A DNA stretch of 64,000 nucleotides, taken from positions 2,752,001 to 2,816,000 of the forward strand of contig OZ251997.1 in NCBI GenBank assembly GCA_965247095.1, read 5' to 3'. Positions 47,628 to 57,680 of this stretch are shown here, piece after piece. Source of the DNA: Candidatus Multivorans sp. (GTDB lineage: Bacteria > Acidobacteriota > Thermoanaerobaculia > Multivoradales > Multivoraceae). How positions within the stretch are numbered: position 1 is the stretch's first letter; each line of letters starts with the position of its first letter. The notes under the pieces were generated by a model. It ran no database searches. It saw only the letters and a list, made by a program, of their open reading frames with translations, and was not told the DNA's origin. The position numbers and the translations under genes were made by a program.

Positions 47628-47656
47628 TTGAAATTCTAACTGCGTTGTCGTAGGCT
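47628..47656 (+). promoter_or_regulatory. sigma70-type promoter for the TonB-dependent receptor
   Basis: TTGAAA-N17-TAGGCT, followed by a GGAGG RBS before ATG 47696. Confidence 0.55.
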
Positions 47657-47695
47657 CTGCCGATTCCGCGTCACAAACCAGTTCGGAGGCGAGTC

Positions 47696-50413
47696 ATGAA
47701 GGATCGTACGTTGCACCCGTTGCCTTGGATCTTCGCGATCGCTCTCTGTTGCCCCTTGTCGTTGTGGGCGGACGGTGTTCAGACCGGCACTGTGGACGGC
47801 ATCGTTCGCGACAACGCCGGCGCCGGAGTTCCCGGCGCTACCGTGACACTCGGCGGTGACCGTGGCGACATGGCCGCCATCACTGACGCCGAAGGCGGTT
47901 TCAGATTCCTCCTGGTTGCTCCGGGCTCCTACCGGCTCAGCGCGGACCTCGAGGGCATGGGAACCGCGGAGGCGGCCGTGCAGGTCGAATCCGGCAGTCG
48001 CCGGACCCTCGACATGACCCTGATTGCAGCGACGGAGGAGACGATCACCGTGGTCTCCAATGCGGTGAGAATCGACAGGTATGCGGTCGGCTCGCAGACG
48101 AGTCTGGAGGCCGATCTCGCCGAGCAGTTGAGCTTCAAGGGCCGCAACTACCAGGCGTCGATGGAGGTCCTGCCGGGCGTGGTGCATGACGCCACGTCCC
48201 GCTTTCAGGGCGACATCAAGTTCGCCGTCAACGGGGGCCAGGATGTCGAGATGGCCGGGTTCGTCGACGGCGTCGACATCAGCTTCATGCGCTTCGGAGG
48301 CAGCCCGCGAGCGATGCTGCCATCGAGTTCGCTGGAAGAGGTGCGGCTGGAGGACGCCGGGTTCGGCGCCGAGTACGGCCGGGTGGTCGGCGGCGTCACC
48401 AACGCGGTGATCAAGTCGGGCACCAACGACTTCCACGGTCAGGCCTTGGTGATCCCGCAGAGCCAGAAGTGGAAGGCGACCTCGGATGTGGCGCCCGGAC
48501 ATCCGCGATCGAGTGATGTCGACAACAGCTACGAGGCCAACCTCGGCGGCTACCTGAAGCGCGACAAGGCCTGGTTCTTCGCCGCCCACTCGAAGCAGAA
48601 CACGAACGCTCTCGACATTCTCGGGGACGGCAGCTTTGAGGACATCAGCTTCAAGGCCAACGTGGCGACGCTGAAGCTCAGCTTCCAGCCCAACCAGCGC
48701 CACTACTTCACTGTCACCGGGGTGGACAGCCCGATCGACAAGAACCACGCCAACGTCTCGACGGGCGATCAGTTCGCCGTCTGCAAGTGCGACCTGCCGG
48801 GCGAGTTCTTCTCCGCTACGTGGAGCGCGAGTCTCAGTTCATCGTCCTTCCTGGAGCTCAAGATCGCATCGCAGGAGAACACGGTCAACCGGGGCATCAT
48901 CCGTTCACGAACTCTCAGCCCGGGCGCCGACTCCCACACTCCCCTGGGCAACAACTTCTCGTACGAGGACCGGGGATCGCGCGTTCGTTACAACACGATT
49001 GGCCACCCCGCGGGACAGGGCTACATCACGATTCCGCGCGAGCAGGCGAATCTGTCGATCGGCACGTTCCGCGGCAATCACCAGTTCAAGTTCGGCGCCG
49101 ACTACCAGGACTTTTCGATCGAGGCAGTGAACGAGATCGGCCATCGCTTCTACGGCATCGGCTATGCCCCGAACTTGCCGGGGGGCTTCGCTCGACCGCA
49201 GTTCCTCAACGTCTTCGATCCGCCGAGTCCGACCGTCAACGCCGACGAGATCCTGTCTGTCTATGCCGACGATCGCGTGGCGGCGTCCGACCAGTGGAAC
49301 ATCTACTACGGCCTGCGCCTGGACAGCCAGAAACAGAACAACGATGTCGGTACCAAGATCAATGACTGGAGCGAGGTGGCGCCGCGGCTGGCGGCCAACT
49401 ACGACATCAGGCGTGACGGCACACTGGTCTTCAAGCTGAATGCCGGGCGCTACTACCAGATTCTTCAGGGCGATCTGGTAACCCGGGAGTTCAGCACCCT
49501 GCCCAATGGCCGCAACCTCTACAACCAGTACAACTGGAACCCGGCGAGCCAGCGCTACGACCGCTTCGCGCGGCGGGCAACTCCGGCCAATCCGAACGCC
49601 GTGCAGGCGGTGAACCCCTACTACAAGGACGAGTTCACGGTCGGAATCGCGGCGCAGTTCGGCGACATCTGGCTCTTTGAGGCTACGGGCATCACCTGGG
49701 AGCTGAACGACCTCTACCTGGCAACCCATCAGTACGACGACGCGGGGCGGATCTTCCGTGAAGTGCGGAATCGACCCGACGCCTTCCGCGAGTACGAAGG
49801 CCTGCGCCTGACGCTCCGCCGCGCCATGCGCAACGACTGGACGATGCAGGCGAACTACACCTGGTCGAACAACAACGGCAACAACTTCGGCCGCAACGAC
49901 AACGCCGTTATCTACGACGACGATCTCGGTGAAGGTCTGGGCGGGATCGAACTCGGCACCGGCGCCACCGACGCGACCGTCGTCTTCCGCGAAGGCCACG
50001 GGTTCCTCGATCGCACCCACAACCTGAACGTCGTGGCTCTGCGGAGCTTCGTTCTGGGGAGTCACAACATCTCAGTGGGCGGATACTACGGTTTCCGCAG
50101 CGGCGAGCGCTGGGGGCGCCGGCAGGCGACCCGGCTCGTCCACCCGGTCACCGGCGCCAGGATCAACACGTCGTCCTACCGGGAGCCGCGAGACGTCAAC
50201 CAGCTCGAGGACACCCACACCGTCAACCTGACCGGAATGTGGGACTTTCCTCTCGGAGGCCGGATCCACGGCAGGGTGGGCCTCGAACTGGTGAACATCA
50301 CGAACGCGCAGGAGATCATCGGCATCAACCGCGCCAACGGCCGCCAGCTTCCGGGCACGGCGGCCCTGCAATCGCCGCGCGAGTACCGCATACACGTCGG
50401 CATCCGCTTCTGA
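47696..50413 (+). CDS. TonB-dependent receptor, Oar-like, with N-terminal carboxypeptidase-regulatory-like domain
   Basis: TGTVDGIVRD...PGATVTL; AEYGRVVGGVTNAVIKSGTNDFHG; APRL; C-terminal GIRF. Confidence 0.9.
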   Translation: MKDRTLHPLPWIFAIALCCPLSLWADGVQTGTVDGIVRDNAGAGVPGATVTLGGDRGDMAAITDAEGGFRFLLVAPGSYRLSADLEGMGTAEAAVQVESGSRRTLDMTLIAATEETITVVSNAVRIDRYAVGSQTSLEADLAEQLSFKGRNYQASMEVLPGVVHDATSRFQGDIKFAVNGGQDVEMAGFVDGVDISFMRFGGSPRAMLPSSSLEEVRLEDAGFGAEYGRVVGGVTNAVIKSGTNDFHGQALVIPQSQKWKATSDVAPGHPRSSDVDNSYEANLGGYLKRDKAWFFAAHSKQNTNALDILGDGSFEDISFKANVATLKLSFQPNQRHYFTVTGVDSPIDKNHANVSTGDQFAVCKCDLPGEFFSATWSASLSSSSFLELKIASQENTVNRGIIRSRTLSPGADSHTPLGNNFSYEDRGSRVRYNTIGHPAGQGYITIPREQANLSIGTFRGNHQFKFGADYQDFSIEAVNEIGHRFYGIGYAPNLPGGFARPQFLNVFDPPSPTVNADEILSVYADDRVAASDQWNIYYGLRLDSQKQNNDVGTKINDWSEVAPRLAANYDIRRDGTLVFKLNAGRYYQILQGDLVTREFSTLPNGRNLYNQYNWNPASQRYDRFARRATPANPNAVQAVNPYYKDEFTVGIAAQFGDIWLFEATGITWELNDLYLATHQYDDAGRIFREVRNRPDAFREYEGLRLTLRRAMRNDWTMQANYTWSNNNGNNFGRNDNAVIYDDDLGEGLGGIELGTGATDATVVFREGHGFLDRTHNLNVVALRSFVLGSHNISVGGYYGFRSGERWGRRQATRLVHPVTGARINTSSYREPRDVNQLEDTHTVNLTGMWDFPLGGRIHGRVGLELVNITNAQEIIGINRANGRQLPGTAALQSPREYRIHVGIRF

Positions 50414-50456
50414 GTCGGGGCTACCGCCACTCCGTCCTGGGGCCGCGGAAGCCTGG

Positions 50457-51635
50457 CTAAGCCCAGGGCGGCGCGCCGTAGGGATCCCTGCACAGGCGCC
50501 GCGCCACAACCATGCGGTGGACTTCGTCCGGCCCGTCGTAGATGCGGGCGTAGCGAGCCTCACGGTACATGTGCTCGAGCGGCGTGTCGCCGGTGACGCC
50601 GAGGGCGCCGTGTACCTGGATGGCTCGATCGATCACGTTGTGAAGCATGCGCGCGCCCCAGAACTTGATCAGGGAGACCTCCACCCGAGCTTCCCCTCCC
50701 TGATCGAGAGTCTGGGCCGCTTGCAGGGTCATCAGCCTGGCCGCCTGGATCTCCGCCGCCGACTCGGCGATGAAGCGCTGGATCTCTCCCTTCTCGGAAA
50801 GCAACGAACCGTGGGCGTAGCGGCTCGAGGCCCGCTCGCACATGAGTTCGAAGGCCCTCTGGGCCTGTCCCAGCCATCTCATGCAGTGGAAGATCCGGCC
50901 CGGTCCCAGGCGCTTCTGGGCGATGAGGAACCCCTTGCCGCGCTCGCCGAGAAGGTTGGCCCTGGGTACGCGTACGTTCTCGAGCCGGATCTCGCAGTGA
51001 CCGCTGCGCCGGTTCCCCATGGTCGGGATCACGCGCACGATCTCGTAGCCAGGGGTGTCGGTCGGAACGATGATCGAGGAGAACTTCGCGTACCGATCCG
51101 CCTCGGGCTCGGTGATACAGAAGAGGGTGGTGAATGCGGCGATGTCGGCGCTGGAAGTAAACCACTTGTGGGCGTTGATCACCCATTCGTCGCCGTCGAG
51201 AACCGCGGTCGCCTGCATCAGGGTCGGATCCGAGCCGGCGACCTGTGGCTCAGTCAGGCCGACCGAGGGATAGATGTCGCCCGCCACCAAGGGCTTGAGA
51301 AAACGCTCTCGTTGCTCTTCGCTGGCATAGAGGTCGAACATGATCGAGTCCTGCATCGAGACGCTGCCGACGCAGACCTGACCCCAATAAGACCGGCCGA
51401 TGATCTCGTTCAGATAGACGAAGGGCATGAAGCCGAGACCGCCGCCGCCGAGTTCTCTTGGGTGGCCGATGGCCCACAGGCCTTGACGCTTGGCCTCTTC
51501 CTTCAGACGCGTGAAGGTCGGGCCGGTCGGATCGTACTCCTCGGCCAACGTCGCCTCTTCGGGAATTACGTAGTCGTTGATGAAGGTGCGAAAGAGTTCG
51601 CGGCCCTCGCGCACTTCGTCCGTTAGACCGTACAT
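50457..51635 (-). CDS. acyl-CoA dehydrogenase
   Basis: LTEPQVAGSD, INAHKWFTS, RLGPGRIFHCMR, QVHGALG, RIYDGPDEVH. Confidence 0.93.
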   Translation of the reverse strand: MYGLTDEVREGRELFRTFINDYVIPEEATLAEEYDPTGPTFTRLKEEAKRQGLWAIGHPRELGGGGLGFMPFVYLNEIIGRSYWGQVCVGSVSMQDSIMFDLYASEEQRERFLKPLVAGDIYPSVGLTEPQVAGSDPTLMQATAVLDGDEWVINAHKWFTSSADIAAFTTLFCITEPEADRYAKFSSIIVPTDTPGYEIVRVIPTMGNRRSGHCEIRLENVRVPRANLLGERGKGFLIAQKRLGPGRIFHCMRWLGQAQRAFELMCERASSRYAHGSLLSEKGEIQRFIAESAAEIQAARLMTLQAAQTLDQGGEARVEVSLIKFWGARMLHNVIDRAIQVHGALGVTGDTPLEHMYREARYARIYDGPDEVHRMVVARRLCRDPYGAPPWA

Positions 51636-51742
51636 GGGATGGTCTCCTTCATTCCGACTCGGTTTGGGCGCCGAGTGACGGGTTCTCGCGGCGGGCTGTT
51701 ATCGTAGCCGAAGCAAGCAACGCCGCCGCCTTGGAGGAGCAG

Positions 51743-52579
51743 ATGCCGGAACCGGGCCTTGCCGATCTCATCGGTCTGGAGACCGCGCCGAGGTCGGTTG
51801 ACTACGGCTGGAAGGACGTTGTTCTCTACGCCCTTGGCGTGGGAGTACCCGTCGAAGACCTTGGGCTTCTCTATGAGGGCGCCTCGGGCGGACTCCAAGT
51901 GTTGCCGAGCTACTGCGTGATTCCGGAGTACGAGGCGATGAAGGAATTGGAGGGGCGTTTCGATCAGTCGCGGATGCTGCACGGCGAGCAACTGATCCGG
52001 ATGTTCCGACCGATCCCGCCCGAAGGGCCGCTGGTCGTGACCGGAAAAGTCGTCAACATCTTCGACAAGGGCAAGGCGGCGGTCATCCACTCCAGCGCCG
52101 CCGGCTCGACAGCAAGCGGCGAGAAGGTCTTCGAGACGCTGAAAGTCGGCTTCTACCGGGGAGGCGGCGGATTCGGCGGCGACCCCGGGCCCAGGGCCGA
52201 GGTCCTGGATCCGCCTCTGGACGTGCGGCCCGATCTCGACATCACGTACAGGATTCCCAAGGGACAGGCTGCCCTGTACCGCCTCAACGGCGACTACAAC
52301 CCGCTGCACATCGACCCCGAGTTCGCCTTGAAGGCTGGTTTCGAAAGGCCGATCTTGCACGGCCTTTGTACGTACGGTTTCGCTGTGCGAGCAATCGTCG
52401 AGGGCCTCTGCGACGGCGAGGTGGGTCGCTTCCGCGAGTTCAAGGCCCGCTTCTCGGATGTCGTGTTTCCGGGCGAGGAACTCACCACGCGGGGTTGGAA
52501 GGAGAACGGCCGTACCCTGATCCAGGTTTCGACTCCCCGGGGAGTCGTCATCAGCAACGCCTACGCCGTCACCGACTGA
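51743..52579 (+). CDS. MFE-2-type (R)-2-enoyl-CoA hydratase, double hot-dog fold
   Basis: DVVLYALGVG, LHGEQ, DKGK, GGFGG; canonical hydratase-2 motif YRLNGDYNPLHID; PILHGLCT. Confidence 0.88.
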   Translation: MPEPGLADLIGLETAPRSVDYGWKDVVLYALGVGVPVEDLGLLYEGASGGLQVLPSYCVIPEYEAMKELEGRFDQSRMLHGEQLIRMFRPIPPEGPLVVTGKVVNIFDKGKAAVIHSSAAGSTASGEKVFETLKVGFYRGGGGFGGDPGPRAEVLDPPLDVRPDLDITYRIPKGQAALYRLNGDYNPLHIDPEFALKAGFERPILHGLCTYGFAVRAIVEGLCDGEVGRFREFKARFSDVVFPGEELTTRGWKENGRTLIQVSTPRGVVISNAYAVTD

Positions 52580-53430
52580 TGGCGGCGAGGCCTCCCAAGG
52601 CCGATCTCGCGGACATCGGGCGCCAGGCCGGCCCCCAGGTGTTCGCCTATGACCGGCGGGATGTCGGCCTCTACGCTCTGAGCGTCGGCGCGGGCGCCGA
52701 GGATCTCCGCCTCTTCGTTGAGGATCGGAATCGAGGGATGCGCGTTCTGCCGACGTTCTGCTTGGTCGCCATGCACTCTCTGAGCCCGCACTTTGTGGAC
52801 CTGGTGCGGAACTACCATCGGGTGGAGGCCGGCGAGAGCCTGCGCATGCACCGTCCGCTGCCGGTGTCCGGCCGGTTGCACGTGTCGGCGGAGGTGACCG
52901 ATATCTGGGACAAGGGTTCGCTGGCGATCATGCAGACCCGGGTCGAGGGCCGTGCCGACGACGGGCACTTGGTCTTCGAGCTGATTGCCAGCTCCGCGCT
53001 GCTGGGATCGGGCGGATTCGGGGGCGATCCGGGGCCTGCGTCGGTGCCGAAGCGTCGTCCGCCGGATCGTCCGCCGGATCTCCGCTGGTCGACGCCGATT
53101 CCCGAAACCCAGGCGATTCTCTACCAACTCAACGGTGTCGCCGATCCGATCCACGTCGATGAGGAGTTCGCGCGCAGTCGCGGTTTCGAGAGGCCCGTCC
53201 TGCAGGGGCCCGCGACCCTCGGCTACGCGGCTGTTGCCCTCGTTCGCGAGTTCTGCGACGGCAACCCGGAGCGGTTGACGGAGATCGAGGCCCGGTTCTC
53301 CGCGCCGGTTGTGCCGGGCGACACGCTGACCGTCGAGGCATGGCGTGTCGACAACGGGGAGGTGCTGTTCTCTGCCTCCACCGGGGAGGCGACGGTTCTT
53401 ACTCAGGGCCGGGCGTTGATCGATGGTTGA
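52579..53430 (+). CDS. second MFE-2-type double hot-dog protein with degenerate catalytic motif
   Basis: ATG overlapping the upstream TGA; DVGLYALSVG, DKGS, GGFGG; motif reads YQLNGVADPIHVD. Confidence 0.8.
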   Translation: MAARPPKADLADIGRQAGPQVFAYDRRDVGLYALSVGAGAEDLRLFVEDRNRGMRVLPTFCLVAMHSLSPHFVDLVRNYHRVEAGESLRMHRPLPVSGRLHVSAEVTDIWDKGSLAIMQTRVEGRADDGHLVFELIASSALLGSGGFGGDPGPASVPKRRPPDRPPDLRWSTPIPETQAILYQLNGVADPIHVDEEFARSRGFERPVLQGPATLGYAAVALVREFCDGNPERLTEIEARFSAPVVPGDTLTVEAWRVDNGEVLFSASTGEATVLTQGRALIDG

Positions 53431-55171
53431 CGATCCCGTGCGCCTGGAGGCCGAACTCGCGCGCGACGGCGTGCTCGTCCTCGACAAGCTCGACGAATGG
53501 GCGGTCAGCCGGGGCGATCGCACCTTCATCCACTACGGCGAAGAGGATCGCTCGATCTCGTTCGCGGAGATGGACCGTCTGTGTTCAGGCATCGCCGGCG
53601 GGCTGCGTCAGCTCGGTGTCGGCGCCGGGCACCGGGTTGCTCTCTTCCTCACCAACCCCCTGGTCAGCGCGCTGTCGATGTTCTCCCTGTGGCGTATCGG
53701 CGCCGTCTACTGTCCGATCAACTACAGCCTGACCGGCCGCCTTCTCGGGCATCAATTGCGCGACCTGAAACCCCGCCTCGTGATCTGCGAGGAGAGCCTG
53801 CTGCCCCGGTTGGCGACCGTCGCCGACGTTCTGGCTGGGCCGGATCTCGTGGTGCATCGACCAGCTCGGGACGACCACGACTTCGATCAGGCCGTATCCG
53901 GTACTACGGCCGAAGGCTGCCGAACCGTCTGCGGCTTCGCCGAACTGCTGGCGGCACGCGGCGAGGGATCACGCGCGCCGCAGAAGCCGACCGACCTAGC
54001 GAACATTCTCTACACATCGGGCACTACAGGACCGAGCAAGGGAGTGCTGCATTCCCATCGCTGGATGAACCAGTTCAGCTACAGCCCCCGCGGCCTGATC
54101 GACTGCGACGACGTGGTCTACAACGATCTGCCGCTCTACCACGCCGCGGGCGCGATCAGCAATGTCGTGCGCGCCGCCTGGGTGGGGTGCGAGGTGGCGA
54201 CCTGGGACCGCTTCAGCGCCCGCGACTACTGGCGGCGGATCGCCCGCCGGGGCGCCACGACGGCGATTCTGATCGACGTCATGATCTCCAGGCTTGTAGC
54301 GGCTCCCGAGAGGGCGGACGACGCGCGAAACACGCTCCACTGCGTCAACCTGACGCCGCTGCCGGAGAAACACCACGAACTGGCTCGCCGCTTCGGGTTG
54401 GACATCTGCGCCACCGCCTACGGTCAGACGGAGACGGGACTCGGCGCCCTCGCCCTGATCGATCAGTTCCCGGACGGTGGCGGAACGCCCCCGGATCTCT
54501 ATCGCGGCTGCCCCAAGGAGGAGATGATCGAGTTCGCGCGCCGCTCGGGATACCCGATCTTCCGGGGCGACCGGGAGATCCGCAAGGGCCTGATGGGCGC
54601 GCCTTCCATCTTCGTTGAGGCCGCGATCCTCGGCCCCAATGACGACGTGCTGCCGCCAGAGAGCTATGGCCAGCTCGCGTTCCGACCGCGGCTGCCCGAC
54701 CTCTTTACTTCGGGCTATTGGGGCCGGCCCGAAGCCACCTCCGAGCTTCTCGCCAACGGCTGGCTCCACACCGGTGACGCCGCGGTCATGGACGGCGACG
54801 GGTTGCTCTACTTCGCCGACCGCATGGGGAGTTTCATTCGCTGCAAGGGCGAGAACATCTCATCGTACGAGATCGAGGAACTGGTTGCCGAGCATCCCGA
54901 CATAAGCCTCTGCGCTGCGGTCGGGGTGCCGGCCCGCGAGGGTGATGAGGAGGAGGTCGCCATCTTCGTGGTGACCCGACCGGACGCCGAGGTCAGCGCG
55001 GAGGAGCTCGGAGATTGGCTGCACGGGCGCATGCCGCGCCACATGCGCCCCGGTCATGTCCGTTTGCTAGACGACCTGCCAAGAACGCCCACCAACAAGG
55101 TCGAGAAGTACCGCCTGCGCGACTCGCTGCTCGTCGAGCTCGGGGTGGCGCCCGCCGGAGCGGGGCGATGA
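53423..55171 (+). CDS. acyl-CoA ligase, CaiC/crotonobetaine-CoA ligase-like
   Basis: YTSGTTGPSKG, LPLYH, RFSA, YGQTE, WLHTGD, GENISSYE, LPRTPTNKVEK. Confidence 0.88.
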   Translation: MVDDPVRLEAELARDGVLVLDKLDEWAVSRGDRTFIHYGEEDRSISFAEMDRLCSGIAGGLRQLGVGAGHRVALFLTNPLVSALSMFSLWRIGAVYCPINYSLTGRLLGHQLRDLKPRLVICEESLLPRLATVADVLAGPDLVVHRPARDDHDFDQAVSGTTAEGCRTVCGFAELLAARGEGSRAPQKPTDLANILYTSGTTGPSKGVLHSHRWMNQFSYSPRGLIDCDDVVYNDLPLYHAAGAISNVVRAAWVGCEVATWDRFSARDYWRRIARRGATTAILIDVMISRLVAAPERADDARNTLHCVNLTPLPEKHHELARRFGLDICATAYGQTETGLGALALIDQFPDGGGTPPDLYRGCPKEEMIEFARRSGYPIFRGDREIRKGLMGAPSIFVEAAILGPNDDVLPPESYGQLAFRPRLPDLFTSGYWGRPEATSELLANGWLHTGDAAVMDGDGLLYFADRMGSFIRCKGENISSYEIEELVAEHPDISLCAAVGVPAREGDEEEVAIFVVTRPDAEVSAEELGDWLHGRMPRHMRPGHVRLLDDLPRTPTNKVEKYRLRDSLLVELGVAPAGAGR

Positions 55172-56643
55172 AGGGCGCCAGGCCAGGGATCGGCCTGCTG
55201 TCTCTCGCGGTCCTGCTAGCGGCCTGCGAGAGCGGGGATGGAGCGCCGTCGCCGGCTGATCCCCAGCCGCCGCCCAACGTCGTGCTCATCCTCGCTGACG
55301 ATCTCGGCTATGGCGATGTCTGTGCCTACGGTTGCGAGGGCGGACGCACGCCCCATCTGGACGCGTTGTCGGCCGCGGGCATTCGTTTCACCGACGGCTA
55401 CGTCAGCGCACCACTGTGCAGCCCGACCCGAGCCGGTCTGCTCACCGGCCGCTATCAACAGCGTTTCGGCCACGAGTTCGGCGCCGGCGCCATGCAACGC
55501 GTCGAGGAGGCGGGACTCGGCACGCCGACTTCCGAGGTCATGCTGCCGGAGCTGTTCAAGAGCGCCGGCTACGCCACCGGCATGGTGGGGAAGTGGCACC
55601 TCGGCTCGCAGCCGCGGTTTCAGCCGCGGCAACGCGGCTTCGACGAGTTCTTCGGATTCCTGCACGGTGGCAACCTCTACATGGACCCCGCGGATCAACC
55701 GGGAGTCCGCACCGTCGCCTCAGGGTCGATTGCCGGTGGCCGCCGACCCCACGAGTTCCGGCATCGACCCGAGATCAACCCCATTCAACGCGGCAGCGAG
55801 GCGGTCCAGGAGACCGACTACCTGACCGACGCCTTCACCCGTGAGGCGGTTGACTTCATCGACCGCCGCCAGGGTGAGCCCTTCTTTCTGTACGTCGCGT
55901 ACAACGCGCCGCACACGCCTCTGCAGGTGACGGAGGAGTACTACGACCGCTTCCCCGACATCGGCGACGAGCGCAAGCGAGTCTTCGCGGCCATGGTCAG
56001 CGCCCTCGATGACGGCGTCGGCGCGATCATGGCCAAGCTGCGCTCGACAGGGGTGGAGGAGCGCACCCTGGTGCTCTTCCTGTCGGACAACGGGTGCGCC
56101 ACCTATGTGCAGGCCTGCTCCAACGATCCCCTTCTGGGCGGCAAGCTGCTGCACTTCGAGGGCGGCGTGCGAGTGCCGTTCCTGGCGTCGTGGCGCGGCC
56201 GGATCGAGGCCGGACGAGTCGAGTCGACGCCGGTGAGCTCTCTCGACATCCTGCCCACGGTGCTGGGCCTTGCGGGTGTCTCGCTGCCGACCGGCGTGAC
56301 GCTCGATGGCGTCGACCTGACAGCCCTGCTGAGAGACGCCGAGCCGCCTCCGGCAAGGCCGCTCTTCTGGCGCAATGCCGAGAACTTCGCGGTGCGCAGT
56401 GGTTCTTGGAAACTGGTGAGCGTCAACGAGCGCCACCTCTACCTCTTCGATCTCGGGGCATCACCGGGCGAGGTCGAGGACCTTGCACACCGCGAACCAG
56501 CGCGCGTCGAAGCCCTCCTGGAACTCTACCGAGGCTGGGAGGCGGAAATGAAGGAACCCTTGTGGACTCCGGTCAACAGGGGGCCGATCGACATCCTGCT
56601 CCCCTGGCTGGGGGTGAAGGAAACCTTCGATGCGACCGTCTGA
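55168..56643 (+). CDS. formylglycine-type sulfatase, lipoprotein
   Basis: LAAC lipobox; PNVVLILADDLGY; CSPTRAGLLTGRY; GKWHLG; SDNG; EGGVRVP. Confidence 0.92.
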   Translation: MKGARPGIGLLSLAVLLAACESGDGAPSPADPQPPPNVVLILADDLGYGDVCAYGCEGGRTPHLDALSAAGIRFTDGYVSAPLCSPTRAGLLTGRYQQRFGHEFGAGAMQRVEEAGLGTPTSEVMLPELFKSAGYATGMVGKWHLGSQPRFQPRQRGFDEFFGFLHGGNLYMDPADQPGVRTVASGSIAGGRRPHEFRHRPEINPIQRGSEAVQETDYLTDAFTREAVDFIDRRQGEPFFLYVAYNAPHTPLQVTEEYYDRFPDIGDERKRVFAAMVSALDDGVGAIMAKLRSTGVEERTLVLFLSDNGCATYVQACSNDPLLGGKLLHFEGGVRVPFLASWRGRIEAGRVESTPVSSLDILPTVLGLAGVSLPTGVTLDGVDLTALLRDAEPPPARPLFWRNAENFAVRSGSWKLVSVNERHLYLFDLGASPGEVEDLAHREPARVEALLELYRGWEAEMKEPLWTPVNRGPIDILLPWLGVKETFDATV

Positions 56644-56649
56644 ACGCGA

Positions 56650-57612
56650 GTGAGCGTGGCAGTCCTCCGCGAGATCACCACCGGGTTGGACTTTCCCGAG
56701 GGGCCGATGGCGATGGACGACGGCAGCGTCATCGTGGTCGAGATCGCCGGCGGCAACCTCACCCGCGTCCGAGCGGACGGCCGCCACCAGGTCCTGGCGC
56801 GTTGCGGCGGCGGGCCGAACGGCGCCGCCTTCGGGCCCGACGGCAGGGTCTACGTCTGCAACAACGGCGGCTTCGACTACCAGCGCCTGAACGTCGGGCC
56901 GCTGCCGGTGGCCGGTTTTCCCGGCGGCCCGTTGCAGGTCCCCGGGCGCCAGCATCCGGACTACATCGGCGGTCGCATCCAGCGCGTCGATATCCACACC
57001 GGCAAGGTCGAGGATCTCTACACCGAGTGCGACGGCAGGCCGCTGCGGGCGCCGAACGACATCGTCTTCGACGACTGCGGTGGATTCTGGTTCAGCGACC
57101 ACGGCCAGACCCGGGAGCGCGACCGGGATCGCACCGGCGTCTTCTATGCCAGGGCGGATGGCGCCTTCATCGAGGAGGTGTTGTTTCCGCTCGACGGGCC
57201 CAACGGCATCGGGCTGTCTCCCGACGGCGCGACGCTGTACGTGGCCGAGACCTATCCGACGCGTCTGTGGAGTTGGCCCATTCCGTCGCCGGGCGCCGTC
57301 ATCCAGGACACGACCATCCTGCCCCTCAGCGGCCGCCTGGTCGTCGATCCGCCCGGCCTCCATCTCTGGGACTCTCTGGCAGTCGAGGCGGGCGGCAACA
57401 TCTGCATCGGCACCCTGATCACCGGCGGCATCACCGTGGTCTCGCCCGAGGGCGAGATCGTCGAGATCGTGCCCGCTACGGACCCTCTGACGACGAACAT
57501 CTGCTTCGGCGGCGCCGATCTGCGCACCGCCTACATCACGCTGTCGGGAACCGGTTCGCTGGTCGCCTGCGACTGGCCGCGGCCGGGGTTACGGCTGAAC
57601 CATCAACAGTGA
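56650..57612 (+). CDS. SMP-30/gluconolactonase-family lactonase
   Basis: GLDFPEGP, GPNG, PNDIVFD, PNGIGLSPDG, TTNICFGG. Confidence 0.9.
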   Translation: MSVAVLREITTGLDFPEGPMAMDDGSVIVVEIAGGNLTRVRADGRHQVLARCGGGPNGAAFGPDGRVYVCNNGGFDYQRLNVGPLPVAGFPGGPLQVPGRQHPDYIGGRIQRVDIHTGKVEDLYTECDGRPLRAPNDIVFDDCGGFWFSDHGQTRERDRDRTGVFYARADGAFIEEVLFPLDGPNGIGLSPDGATLYVAETYPTRLWSWPIPSPGAVIQDTTILPLSGRLVVDPPGLHLWDSLAVEAGGNICIGTLITGGITVVSPEGEIVEIVPATDPLTTNICFGGADLRTAYITLSGTGSLVACDWPRPGLRLNHQQ

Positions 57613-57680
57613 ACGCGCTGCCGGCGCTAGGAGTATCCACAGCGGTGGTCCGCTGCGCATCCGCGCCGGTCTGGCCGGCC

